Below, piece by piece: positions 47,244-56,537 of a DNA stretch of 64,000 nucleotides. A model generated the notes under the pieces. That model made no database searches. It had not been told where the DNA came from and saw only the letters and a list, made by a program, of their open reading frames with translations. Position 1 is the stretch's first letter. Every line of letters begins with the position of its first letter. The DNA is from an uncultured Gammaproteobacteria bacterium (lineage in GTDB: Bacteria > Pseudomonadota > Gammaproteobacteria > JACCXJ01), in NCBI GenBank assembly GCA_963764725.1, contig CAVXTM010000018.1, forward strand, positions 352,001 to 416,000. Direction: 5' to 3'. A program made the translations under genes and the position numbers.

Positions 47244-48281
47244 TTACTGCAAGCGCGGTTTCTCGAGCCCGCCGACCCGAATACCGATGAGCCGCACCTT
47301 TTTGCTGAACGCGACTCGCCGCAAACAATCAAGAGCGGCTTGCCGGATAAGGTCGCTGGAATCGGTCGGTCGGTCCAAGGTCTTCTCGCGGGTATGGGTT
47401 TCGAAATTACTGAAACGCACTTTTAGGGCAACGGTTGTGCCACCACAACCGTCCTTGCGCAGATCGTCGGCCACCTCCATCGCCAGCGTCGCAATTACGC
47501 TCGCGAGCGTTTCCGGGTCCCCGATATCGTGTTGGAAGGTACGCTCCCGGCTGTGGGATTTCGGTTCTCGATGCGTGACCACGGGCCGTCGATCGATGCC
47601 CCGCGAAGCCAGGTAAAGAAACTCTCCGTGGGATGGACCGAATTCCTTCACCAGATCGGCGAGCGGCATGGAAGCAAGTTGTCTGATCGTCGTCACGCCC
47701 ATCGGCACTAGGCGCTCCACCGTCACCGGCCCGAGGCCAGGTATGCTGCGAAGCGGCAGCGGCCAAATGCGATTTTTCAACTCCGCTTCGGTGAGGATGG
47801 TCAGGCCATCCGGCTTGTCGAGATCGGAACAGATCTTGGCAAGCAGCTTGTTCGGCGCGATCCCGATCGAGCAACTAAGACCGGTCCGTTTCCGAATGCG
47901 TTGTTTTATTTTAGTTGCAAGCTGCTCCGGCGCCGGTTCGAGGCCGGTGATATCCAAGTACGCCTTATCGAGCCCGGCATCTTCGACCAGCGGGGTGAAG
48001 TCTCGCAGTATAGTCTTGATGATCGCTGAGACACGCGCGTACAGCTCGTAATCCACCGCTAAAAACACTGCCTGCGGACAAAGTCTGAAGGCCGCGCGCA
48101 GGGGCATGGCGGAGTGGATCCCGTAGTTTCTGGCTTCGTACGAGGCTGCCGATACGGCGCCTCGTCCGCGCGGATCACCCCGCCCACCGACGACGACGGG
48201 TTTGCCGGCGAGATCCGGGTTCCGCTTTTGCTCCACGGCCGCGAAAAACGCGTCCATGTCGATGTGTAGGATCTGCCTCAT
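47244..48281 (-). CDS. dinB: DNA polymerase IV with a substitution at the catalytic DE motif
   Basis: HIDMDAFFAAVE, ASYEARNYG, PNKLLAKICSD; GLDKAYLD in place of S-x-DEAYLD. Confidence 0.92.
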   Translation of the reverse strand: MRQILHIDMDAFFAAVEQKRNPDLAGKPVVVGGRGDPRGRGAVSAASYEARNYGIHSAMPLRAAFRLCPQAVFLAVDYELYARVSAIIKTILRDFTPLVEDAGLDKAYLDITGLEPAPEQLATKIKQRIRKRTGLSCSIGIAPNKLLAKICSDLDKPDGLTILTEAELKNRIWPLPLRSIPGLGPVTVERLVPMGVTTIRQLASMPLADLVKEFGPSHGEFLYLASRGIDRRPVVTHREPKSHSRERTFQHDIGDPETLASVIATLAMEVADDLRKDGCGGTTVALKVRFSNFETHTREKTLDRPTDSSDLIRQAALDCLRRVAFSKKVRLIGIRVGGLEKPRLQ

Positions 48282-48303
48282 GCAACCTGAATAACAAGAA
48301 TTC

Positions 48304-48337
48304 GTAGGGCGGGTAAGGGCGCAGCCCGTAACCCGCC
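48304..48337. repeat. GTAG-type REP-like palindrome
   Basis: gtagggcgggtaagggcgcagcccgtaacccgcc forms a hairpin. Confidence 0.55.
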
Positions 48338-48550
48338 GACCCGACACGCACAGCGTGTCGCCTAAGAGTCTGCGATGAATCGGCTAAATCGCTTTACTGC
48401 ACTGGCTGATAGGACTCGGGAAGGAGCTTATGCTCCCGTGCCCACCCGACCCAGTCGGCCAGGTTAGAATATTGCGGGCGATGTCCAACAAAAAATACGC
48501 AACCTTGGCCCTTTTCGCCGAGAATACATGGTCCACAGCAATTGCTCATT

Positions 48551-49189
48551 TCAGGAAGGTATTGAGGGCGAAACCAAGCCTGTTTCAGGATCGAACCGAA
48601 ACGCAACCCACTCGTGTCTTCTGGGGCTTGACAGAGCTTCCCGTCGTAACACGGGAAGGCAGGTTCCACCCGGTTTTCTTGCCGACGGTGTCAAAAGGCC
48701 GCTCAATCCATCCCTTACAGCTTCAGCCGCAATGCGATGACAATCCGGGTACCCTGGTTCTTCATCTTGCATAAGGCACGGCAGGGTTGCCACATGAGGC
48801 CTCAGGTCCTTAGTGTCTCCAGCATAATCGCAGGAAAAGCTCATGTAATAGACCGTGCGCCCTTCTCTGGTGGTGCCAAACGCATGCCTGAGGTACCAAT
48901 CCCGGACCTCGACTTCGGCGGTGTCTACCTCCGGAGCACTGTAGAAAACCCGGATCGTGCCATCGGAAAAGCGGGTGGGCTGCGGAATAAGCTGCAGTTT
49001 CGCCTCAAACGGCTTGTCCAAAAGCGATTCGAGAGAGTCCTCTTTGTGGCGGTCCCGCAAGAAGGCAAGCATCTCCCCACTATTTTCGGGCTGGAGGCCC
49101 ATCTCCTTGAGAACCTCAATGTTGTCTTCTTGGGAGGCATAACGAAAGGTGATGGAGCGAAAGAATTCCTTAGGGATATCTTCGATCAC
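48551..49189 (-). CDS. RES-domain toxin (NAD+ phosphorylase family)
   Basis: TRFSDG...FYSA...AEVE...GLLTPSARKPGG.C. Confidence 0.8.
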   Translation of the reverse strand: MIEDIPKEFFRSITFRYASQEDNIEVLKEMGLQPENSGEMLAFLRDRHKEDSLESLLDKPFEAKLQLIPQPTRFSDGTIRVFYSAPEVDTAEVEVRDWYLRHAFGTTREGRTVYYMSFSCDYAGDTKDLRPHVATLPCLMQDEEPGYPDCHRIAAEAVRDGLSGLLTPSARKPGGTCLPVLRREALSSPRRHEWVAFRFDPETGLVSPSIPS

Positions 49190-49194
49190 GCTCT

Positions 49195-49743
49195 TTATAA
49201 GCCTGCCATCATTTCGGTGAACTGCCGAACGCGCAGCAAGTTAGGCCAAGACCCCTCAAGCAGGAGATCGAGTGGGCTGCTGGTGTCCAACAGGCTTTGC
49301 GGCTCTCGCAGCCATTGGTTCTCCACCTTTCTGTCGCGAAAAACGCTGTGAAGTATTTTGCGTATGACAAACAGTTCTGCAATCCGATCCTTCTCATCTC
49401 GGGTTTCAAGCGGCGCGGCCCCAGACAGAACCGCCTGGAAATGACTTCTGCTTGATTTTTCGTACCCCAGAAGTATGCAGGCGGAATCGAGATCCAGCTC
49501 CCAGATCTCCAAGAGCTTGACAAAGAACTGCACCGGCGCGCTGGGCTGCCTGGTCCTGGGCTCAAACGGAACCACAGGTGCAGGTTGGAATTCGTCGTCT
49601 TGTAAGCCGATAACCTGCCGGCCAAACGCTCTCCCCTCGTTCGGGTTTCGTCGCAGCAAGTCATCGTTCCACCCGTATGGTGGCCTATCAGCAATGACAT
49701 TGGAATGTAAACCGCGTTGCGCCGCTTCATTCGACATCAACAT
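49195..49743 (-). CDS. Xre/MbcA/ParS-type antitoxin
   Basis: C-terminal DRIAELF.I...L...F.D....QWLREPQSLL...SPLDLLLEG; immediately upstream of the RES gene. Confidence 0.8.
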   Translation of the reverse strand: MLMSNEAAQRGLHSNVIADRPPYGWNDDLLRRNPNEGRAFGRQVIGLQDDEFQPAPVVPFEPRTRQPSAPVQFFVKLLEIWELDLDSACILLGYEKSSRSHFQAVLSGAAPLETRDEKDRIAELFVIRKILHSVFRDRKVENQWLREPQSLLDTSSPLDLLLEGSWPNLLRVRQFTEMMAGL

Positions 49744-49760
49744 AATCCGGCCTCCAAGCT

Positions 49761-50459
49761 CTACTCTTTCGCCTCAAGGCCGATCGTGGTCTCCAACAAA
49801 TTAAAGACCGTTCGAATATGTGCGGCCTTATCCTCTAGGGTCTTCATTGCACTGTCACCTTGATAGATAGCGCTGCTATTCGCAAAAAGCATATTGCCAC
49901 TCATCCAAGAGCGGATAACATCAAAGCTGACAATCCATTTTTCCTCTGGGTTCTCAAATTCAGCTTTAACACCAATATGGCTCTTGGACGCGCCGAAGTC
50001 CTCAGCTCGGAACGCCATCTTGTTGCCCATGAGGTTATTCAAAAAGTCATCTGCGGCGCTCGGGCTATCGCTCAACAGACTCAAGTGCGCCGCGCTTCGA
50101 ATCATGTGTTGCCTGTAAGTCATGGTGGGCAACCATTCAGCCAAGGCACTGAGGCTGATGGTGACACAGTCTTGGATGGTTTCGATGTCCTTCCCAACCG
50201 CATTAGTAAAGGTCGCAGAAAACTTATCCGCCGCCACTTCCAATACCCCATTACCTCTGAACAGCGTTATCTTTGCCCTCACGTCCGAAAGCGCAGTACC
50301 ACCACTGACTTGCATGTCGCTGGGCCGCACTACGTAGGCCGGAGCAAGATGCTGATAAAAGATACTCAACACATCGACGTTTTCTCTCTCCAGCTTAAAA
50401 ATCGGGGTGGTGAAAACCGCCTCGTATACAATATCCAGCAAGCTCGTTTCGTATTGCAT
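49761..50459 (-). CDS. Hypothetical protein, possibly TIGR04255-like
   Basis: Long ORF with AT-richer codons, co-oriented and adjacent to the TA pair. The start is uncertain. Confidence 0.6.
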   Translation of the reverse strand: MQYETSLLDIVYEAVFTTPIFKLERENVDVLSIFYQHLAPAYVVRPSDMQVSGGTALSDVRAKITLFRGNGVLEVAADKFSATFTNAVGKDIETIQDCVTISLSALAEWLPTMTYRQHMIRSAAHLSLLSDSPSAADDFLNNLMGNKMAFRAEDFGASKSHIGVKAEFENPEEKWIVSFDVIRSWMSGNMLFANSSAIYQGDSAMKTLEDKAAHIRTVFNLLETTIGLEAKE

Positions 50460-50780
50460 TCGCGTCTGCTGAAACTTATTGATTATCCAATCCGACTGCG
50501 GCTGATAAGCTATTATGGTAATCTTCCTCCTTTGGTTCAATGAAAACCTGAATCTGGTTCGACACTTACTTATTTCAATTTCTGACAGCATTAAACTGAC
50601 GACGTACGTAAACCGCTGTATTGACGAATAAGAATTTTTTAAACTCCCTGTTTCGTGGAGACTGGACCTGTGGGGTCGTTAAACACGCGAGATCGCTGTC
50701 GAGAATCGGGCACTTCGGGCCCATTCATCGGTGCAAGGCGCCCAGGTACCGATCCGTGGATCGGGAGCGGTTGGGCGGCG

Positions 50781-51848
50781 TCAGTTTCCGACTGCCGCGG
50801 GGTGAGAGTTATCCGGGATCCGGTAACCCTTCATGCGCCGCCAGAGCGTCGTGCGGCTGATCCCTAAGTCTTTCGCTACGGAATCGAGATTACCGTCGCG
50901 CGCTTCTAGAGTCTTCATAATCGCCTCGCGCTCCAAGCTATCGAGGCGCACGAGCGGCTCTTGATGCCTGGGTCTTACCGTCTTGGGCAACCAAGATCCG
51001 GGCATGATCTCGCTCCCCTCGGTCACCACCAACGCGCGGATCACGAGATTCTCAAGCTCGCGTATGTTGCCTGGGAAATCATAGGCGCATAGGGATGCCA
51101 GGGTCTCGCCGTGGAGCGCGATGATGCTATCGTTAATGCCATGGCGGTGTTTCGCCAGAAAATGCTCGGCGAGCACCGGTATGTCGCGCCGGCGTTCCCG
51201 CAACGCCGGCATCGTGATAGGGAACGTATTCAGACGGTAGTAAAGATCCGCTCTGAAATTACCCCGCTCCACCTCGCGCTGGAGATCTTTATTGGTTGCG
51301 GAGATGAGCCTGATATCGACACGCCGGTATTGATTGTCTCCCACGCGCCGAAAGCTTCCGTCCTGTAACACCTGCAGTAGCTTCACCTGCAACGTCGGGC
51401 TCAACTCGCTCACTTCGTCCAGGAACAGCGTGCCGCCGTCCACGGCTTCGACCAACCCTTTCTTATCCTGGACCGCGCCCGAAAATGCGCCGCGCTTGTG
51501 GCCGAAAAGCTCGCTCTCGCACAAAGTTTCCTGCAGGCTGCCGCAGTTTTGGGCGATAAACGGCCGTCCGCGGCGAGGACTCGCACTGTGAATCGCCGCT
51601 GCAAGCAGGGTTTTTCCGCTTCCCGTCTCGCCTCCGATCAAGACCGGAACGGAACACCTTGCCACCCGTCTTGCGGAGTCGATAACAGCCCGCACGGCGT
51701 CGCTCCGTCCCACGATGGGATCGAAAGGATCGGCCGTGTCCGCCACTGTGACAGCGCTAAGATCACCTTGCACACACCCGCCTACGATCGCTTCAAAGTC
51801 GGTATCCATGTCGTGCTCCCGAATAGAAAGGTTCGTCTCCAAAATCAT
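50781..51848 (-). CDS. Sigma-54 enhancer-binding protein (AAA+ and Fis HTH) lacking a sensory domain
   Basis: GETGSGKT, ESELFGH.RGAFSGA, LFLDEV, FRADLYYRL, PGNIRELEN, LGISRTTLWRRM. Confidence 0.92.
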   Translation of the reverse strand: MILETNLSIREHDMDTDFEAIVGGCVQGDLSAVTVADTADPFDPIVGRSDAVRAVIDSARRVARCSVPVLIGGETGSGKTLLAAAIHSASPRRGRPFIAQNCGSLQETLCESELFGHKRGAFSGAVQDKKGLVEAVDGGTLFLDEVSELSPTLQVKLLQVLQDGSFRRVGDNQYRRVDIRLISATNKDLQREVERGNFRADLYYRLNTFPITMPALRERRRDIPVLAEHFLAKHRHGINDSIIALHGETLASLCAYDFPGNIRELENLVIRALVVTEGSEIMPGSWLPKTVRPRHQEPLVRLDSLEREAIMKTLEARDGNLDSVAKDLGISRTTLWRRMKGYRIPDNSHPAAVGN

Positions 51849-52066
51849 CTACGAGGCAGCCGCCGTTTTGGATTGGTGAAACTGCGGGATAATATAAGTG
51901 CGATCTTTGCGTGATTCGGTAAACTATGTCCTATCTGGTGTGTGAAAAAATTACGCTGCGGCGCTCGCCGCTACACCCGCCTCCCTGTGTGCGCAGGATG
52001 TGCCGCGGCCCGGGGGTGTAAACCGCGTTATGGATGGCGAACACCCGCTCGGGGTTAAGAAAGTGG

Positions 52067-52594
52067 TTATTTGACTTTGGTGTATGTCAGGGTTTCGGGC
52101 ACCTGGAAGACATCGTCAAAGTCCCCATCGATATTGATGTCTTCCTTGAGCGTCAGCTTATCTCCCTCTAGCTTGTACTGAATGGCGTAGTCACTCTTCG
52201 ACGACTTCATCTCGATCGCGCTCCAGGTATTGTCGGCCTGATTGTATTGCGCCTCGCCGAACGATTCGGCGGTCCATTCCATATATTCGGGCGTGGCTGA
52301 TACCGAACCGGTCTCGCGCGCGGTTTCAGTCCAATCATACAGCACCTGACCATTGGGTCCGATGAGGCTTTTGTACCACGAGTATGTATAGGTATTCTCC
52401 GAAAACGCCACCTTCCCCTTGGATTTATGGGTTCCCAACGAGTCGCTTTGATCGGGAAGTTCGGCTTCCCAGGTCCCGCCGATATTGAAGCTATCCGGGC
52501 TCGCGGTCGCCGCCGTATCACCGCCTTCACCACCGCAGGCGGCTAGTCCAAGCACAGAACCCAATAACGCTAATGCCCGTAAATTTCTTTTCAT
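52067..52594 (-). CDS. Hypothetical lipoprotein, beta-rich and possibly lipocalin-like
   Basis: GGAGG RBS, lipobox LAAC, GGTW motif. Confidence 0.8.
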   Translation of the reverse strand: MKRNLRALALLGSVLGLAACGGEGGDTAATASPDSFNIGGTWEAELPDQSDSLGTHKSKGKVAFSENTYTYSWYKSLIGPNGQVLYDWTETARETGSVSATPEYMEWTAESFGEAQYNQADNTWSAIEMKSSKSDYAIQYKLEGDKLTLKEDINIDGDFDDVFQVPETLTYTKVK

Positions 52595-52646
52595 TTAATC
52601 CTCCTGGTATTACTTTTGAGAACACAGTTCTTGTATCATCCGCACC

Positions 52647-54689
52647 TTAAAGAGTAAGCGTTGTCCACCCCGGGTCGGGGGAAAAGCGCGGCCCGAACTT
52701 CGTTGTTAATGCCTCTAGCCGTGCCTCTATCGCCTCCTTCCCGGTTTCCTTCACATAGTGCAATGGCCCGCCGCGAAACGGAGCAAACCCGGCACCGAAG
52801 ATCATGCCCGCATCCAAGAGATCGGCATCCTCCACCACCCCCTCCCGCAAGCAAGCCACCGCTTCATTTATCAGCCGCAACATGAGCCGGTCGCGGATCT
52901 CGTCGAGGTCATACGAGTCCTTGCCGTGACCGCGTCGGCGGACGGGTTTGCCCTTGCGATAAGCATAGATCCCTTTGCCGCTCTTGCGCCCGAGGTGGCC
53001 TTGGGACACGAGGTTTCTAAGCTGCCCGGGCACCTCGGATTTGAAATGCCCGGCCAGGATCTGGCCCACCGACAGACAAATATCGATGCCGACGGTGTCC
53101 GCCAGCTCCAAGGGACCCATCGGCATCCCGAACTCGGTTGCGGCAGCATCGACGACCTCGGGCGGTATGCCTTCCGACCACAGGACGATGGCTTCCATGA
53201 GATAGGGCATTAACACCCGGTTGACGAGAAACCCGGGGGAGCTTTTCACTGGGAGCGGCAAGCGATCGAGCGCACGCACCAGCGCAGCGGTCTTCGTCAA
53301 GCACTCCGGGTCCGTCGCCGGGGCGTCGATCACCTCGATCAACTGCATCTTGGCGACCGGATTGAAGAAGTGCAATCCGACCAGCCGCTCGGGGCGCTTG
53401 AGGATCGCGGCCAGGGTTTCGAGCGGGATACTGGAGGTATTCGTCGCCAGGATGGCGTCCGCTTTGAGGCGCGGTTCAATCGTCTCGTAAAGCGCTTGCT
53501 TCGTCTTAACATCCTCGACGATCGCCTCGATAACGAAATCTGCATGCGGCAATCCCAAGCCATCGTGGTCCGGGACCAATCGATCGCAGGCGTCTCGTCG
53601 CAGCCGCCGGTCTCGGATGCGTTTCGAGAACAGCTCGTGAGCACGCCGCAGCGCCGGCGCGATATATTGCGGGCCGCGATCCTGCAGCGTGACATGCAAG
53701 CCCCGCAGAACGCACCAGGCCGCGATGTCCCCACCCATGACACCCGCGCCGATAACATGGATCTTCGGCCGCGCTTGCCCTTGTTTACGCCCGAGGCCCT
53801 TCAGCCGCTCTTGCAAGAAGAATACGCGCACCAGATTACGGGCGCTCGGGCCGGTGGCAAGCCGGGCGACCGACTGGGCTTCCTCCACGAGCATGTGCGC
53901 CGGGTCACCTCCGTGTTGCTCCCACAAGTCTATGAGCGCATAGGGCGCCGGATAATGGTTTGGGCGCACGCGTTTCCGTACCTGCGCACGGAGATAGCGC
54001 GCGAGCCAAGGACGCACCAGCTTGGCGTTCGCGAGCTGCAGGAAATACTTCGGTTTCTTGATTGGTGGCGGAGTCAGAGCGTGGGCAATAATCGCGGATT
54101 CAAAATGGCGCTCGGGAACCGCCGCATCGACGATACCGAGCTTTTTGGCGGTCCGTGCGTCCACGGTCCTCCCGCTCAGCATCAGATCCATCGCAGCCGG
54201 GGCGCCGATGAGCCTCGTCAGCCGCATAGTGCCGCCGAAGCCTGGATGAATACCTAGAAGAACCTCGGGTAAACCCAAGCGCGTTGCCGGTTCATCCAAG
54301 GCGACACGGTAACGGCACGCCAACGCCAGCTCTAGGCCCCCGCCGAGGCAAAACCCGCGAATGGCCGCCACTGTCGGGCACGCCAAGCTTTCCAGTCGAT
54401 CGAAGATCGTTTGTCCCCGCCGGATGAGCGCGAGCGCGTCCTCGCTATCGCGCAGCGACGCAATTTCCTTGACGTCAGCCCCGGCAATAAAACCGCTCGG
54501 CTTGGCGGAGCGGATGATCAATCCGCGCGGTAAGCTTTTGCTGATAGCACCGATGATGACATCGAGCTCGCCCAGCACCTCGGAGGACAGTACATTAGGC
54601 CCCGGGCCTTGTTTGTCCAGATGCAAGCTGGCGATGTTGGATGAGTCGATCTCAAGGCGCCAATGTTTAAAGCCTGGTTCCAATCCCAT
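52647..54689 (-). CDS. fadJ: Fatty-acid oxidation multifunctional enoyl-CoA hydratase/3-hydroxyacyl-CoA dehydrogenase
   Basis: FIAGAD, CLGGGLELAL, LPEVLLG, GAGVMG, TNTSSI, HFFNPV, PGFLVNR. Confidence 0.9.
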   Translation of the reverse strand: MGLEPGFKHWRLEIDSSNIASLHLDKQGPGPNVLSSEVLGELDVIIGAISKSLPRGLIIRSAKPSGFIAGADVKEIASLRDSEDALALIRRGQTIFDRLESLACPTVAAIRGFCLGGGLELALACRYRVALDEPATRLGLPEVLLGIHPGFGGTMRLTRLIGAPAAMDLMLSGRTVDARTAKKLGIVDAAVPERHFESAIIAHALTPPPIKKPKYFLQLANAKLVRPWLARYLRAQVRKRVRPNHYPAPYALIDLWEQHGGDPAHMLVEEAQSVARLATGPSARNLVRVFFLQERLKGLGRKQGQARPKIHVIGAGVMGGDIAAWCVLRGLHVTLQDRGPQYIAPALRRAHELFSKRIRDRRLRRDACDRLVPDHDGLGLPHADFVIEAIVEDVKTKQALYETIEPRLKADAILATNTSSIPLETLAAILKRPERLVGLHFFNPVAKMQLIEVIDAPATDPECLTKTAALVRALDRLPLPVKSSPGFLVNRVLMPYLMEAIVLWSEGIPPEVVDAAATEFGMPMGPLELADTVGIDICLSVGQILAGHFKSEVPGQLRNLVSQGHLGRKSGKGIYAYRKGKPVRRRGHGKDSYDLDEIRDRLMLRLINEAVACLREGVVEDADLLDAGMIFGAGFAPFRGGPLHYVKETGKEAIEARLEALTTKFGPRFSPDPGWTTLTL

Positions 54690-54701
54690 TACCCCCCCTA
54701 T

Positions 54702-54844
54702 GAAGCTCTGCAAAAGTTACTGCGCAGCCCATCTGCTTTGGCGCGTGCTCGTTCGTCGCTCGCCTATCTACCTCTGATATGTCTCGCGACTCGCTGCGCG
54801 GCTTCGCGCATCTGGGCTTGCTCGCGACACTTTTGCAGAGCTTC
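54702..54844. mobile_element. MITE, 143 bp, between fadI and fadJ
   Basis: Same 16-bp TIR and near-identical interior to 47065-47206. Confidence 0.85.
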
Positions 54845-54875
54845 CCTATCTCTAGGTGCGATATCCGAATATCAT

Positions 54876-56180
54876 TCATTGCCGCTCCAGCAACATCGCG
54901 CCTCCTTGACCGCCGCCGATGCAAAGGGCGGCCACGCCACGGACGGCTTGGTTGCGCTCAAGGACGCGCAGCAAATGCAGAACGATGCGGGCGCCGCTTG
55001 TCCCGACGGGATGACCCATGCTGATCCCGCCGCCGTCCACGTTCAGGCGATCGCGCGCGATCACTCCCATCGGTTGATCCAGGCCCAACTCCTCGCGGCA
55101 ATAGGTTTCGTCGTTCCAGGCCGCGAGGCAGGCGAGGATTTGGGCCGCGAAGGCCTCGTTGATTTCCCAGTATTCAATATCGGCGAGGCTCAAGCCATGG
55201 CGCTTCAATAACGGTGTCGCGGCGTGGACGGGCCCCAGCCCCATCTGGCTCGGATCGAGCCCGGCCCATTCACTGTCGATGATCCGCCCGAGCACGGGAA
55301 GCTTGTGACGTTCAACCGCGCTCTCGCTCGCCAGGATCACGCAGGCCGCCCCATCGGTTACCTGGGCGCTGTTGCCGGCGGTCACCTTGCCGAAGTCTCT
55401 ATCAAAGGCGGCTTTTAAGCGCGCGAGCTGCTCCAAGGTCGTATCCGCCCGCACGCCTTCGTCGTGATCGTAGTAATTGCCCTGCCAATCGTAGAGGGTT
55501 TCGATTTCTTTCAGCCTCCCCTCGCGCTGTGCTTGGGCGAGGCGTTGGTGGCTTTCGAGCGCATAGGCATCGATGGCCCCACGGCTGAGCCCGAAGCGGT
55601 GCGCTACGATCTCGGCGGTCTGCCCCATCGACAATCCAACCACGGGATCGGTCAAGCCTCGCAGCAGGCCGATGATGGGCTGCAAATAACCCAAGCGTAG
55701 CTGCGTCAACACCTTGAACCGCTGTCCCAGGTTGCGCGCCTGGCTCCATTGCCCGAGCCAGGCCACCATAGCATTGCCAAAAAGCACCGGCGCATGGCTC
55801 ATGGCTTCGGTGCCGCCCGCGAGCACCAGCTCGGCGCCTCCCGAGGCGATGTCGCGCGCGGCGCTGTCGATGGCTTGCATCCCCGAGCCGCAATTGCGCT
55901 GCACCGTCCACGCCGGGGTCGCATCGCCACAGCCGAGACGCAGGGCAATGACCCGGGCGATATTGGCCTCATCGGGACCTGGCATGATGCAACCGAATAT
56001 GACCTCGTCGAAGTCCGCCGGCGCGAAGGGCTGGCGCGCGAGCAGCGGCCGGGCGGCGTTGATCGCGAGTTCGGTGGCGGTGAACGGTCCAGGCTTAGCG
56101 CGTGCTTTGAGAAAAGGTGTGCGGCTGCCGTCGATGACGAACACCGGCCGCCCCGGTATGGATGTTTTGGTGATGGTCAT
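54876..56180 (-). CDS. fadI: Acetyl-CoA C-acyltransferase (thiolase)
   Basis: QRNCGSG, EINEAFA, GHPVGTSG, LCIGGGQG. Confidence 0.92.
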   Translation of the reverse strand: MTITKTSIPGRPVFVIDGSRTPFLKARAKPGPFTATELAINAARPLLARQPFAPADFDEVIFGCIMPGPDEANIARVIALRLGCGDATPAWTVQRNCGSGMQAIDSAARDIASGGAELVLAGGTEAMSHAPVLFGNAMVAWLGQWSQARNLGQRFKVLTQLRLGYLQPIIGLLRGLTDPVVGLSMGQTAEIVAHRFGLSRGAIDAYALESHQRLAQAQREGRLKEIETLYDWQGNYYDHDEGVRADTTLEQLARLKAAFDRDFGKVTAGNSAQVTDGAACVILASESAVERHKLPVLGRIIDSEWAGLDPSQMGLGPVHAATPLLKRHGLSLADIEYWEINEAFAAQILACLAAWNDETYCREELGLDQPMGVIARDRLNVDGGGISMGHPVGTSGARIVLHLLRVLERNQAVRGVAALCIGGGQGGAMLLERQ

Positions 56181-56189
56181 AGCAACTCC

Positions 56190-56468
56190 TCAACCACCTT
56201 CCGCGGTCGTTGGGTCGATCACCGACGCCACCTCCGAGACCCGATTTGCGGGGAAGCCACCTTGGCGCGCATGTTCCCGCACCATCTCCTCGTTGGGCGC
56301 GATATAGATGCAATAGACCTTCTCGCTGGTCACGTAGCTCTGAACCCATTGAATTTGAGGTCCAAGCCCATTTAACACACCGCACGATTTCTGCGAGATC
56401 GCCCGCAAATCCTGCGCTGAAAGTTTTCCCGCGCCGGGGATCTCGCGTTCGATGACGTACTTAGGCAT
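56190..56468 (-). CDS. DUF4242-family protein
   Basis: MPKYVIEREIPGAG...IQWVQSYV...YCIYIAPNE...HA..GGFPAN. Confidence 0.88.
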   Translation of the reverse strand: MPKYVIEREIPGAGKLSAQDLRAISQKSCGVLNGLGPQIQWVQSYVTSEKVYCIYIAPNEEMVREHARQGGFPANRVSEVASVIDPTTAEGG

Positions 56469-56537
56469 GGTGAGTCTCCGTTATTTTGTACCTTCGAGAG
56501 TATTCTAACCCTCAATGGCCGGCCCGACCTATCCGCG

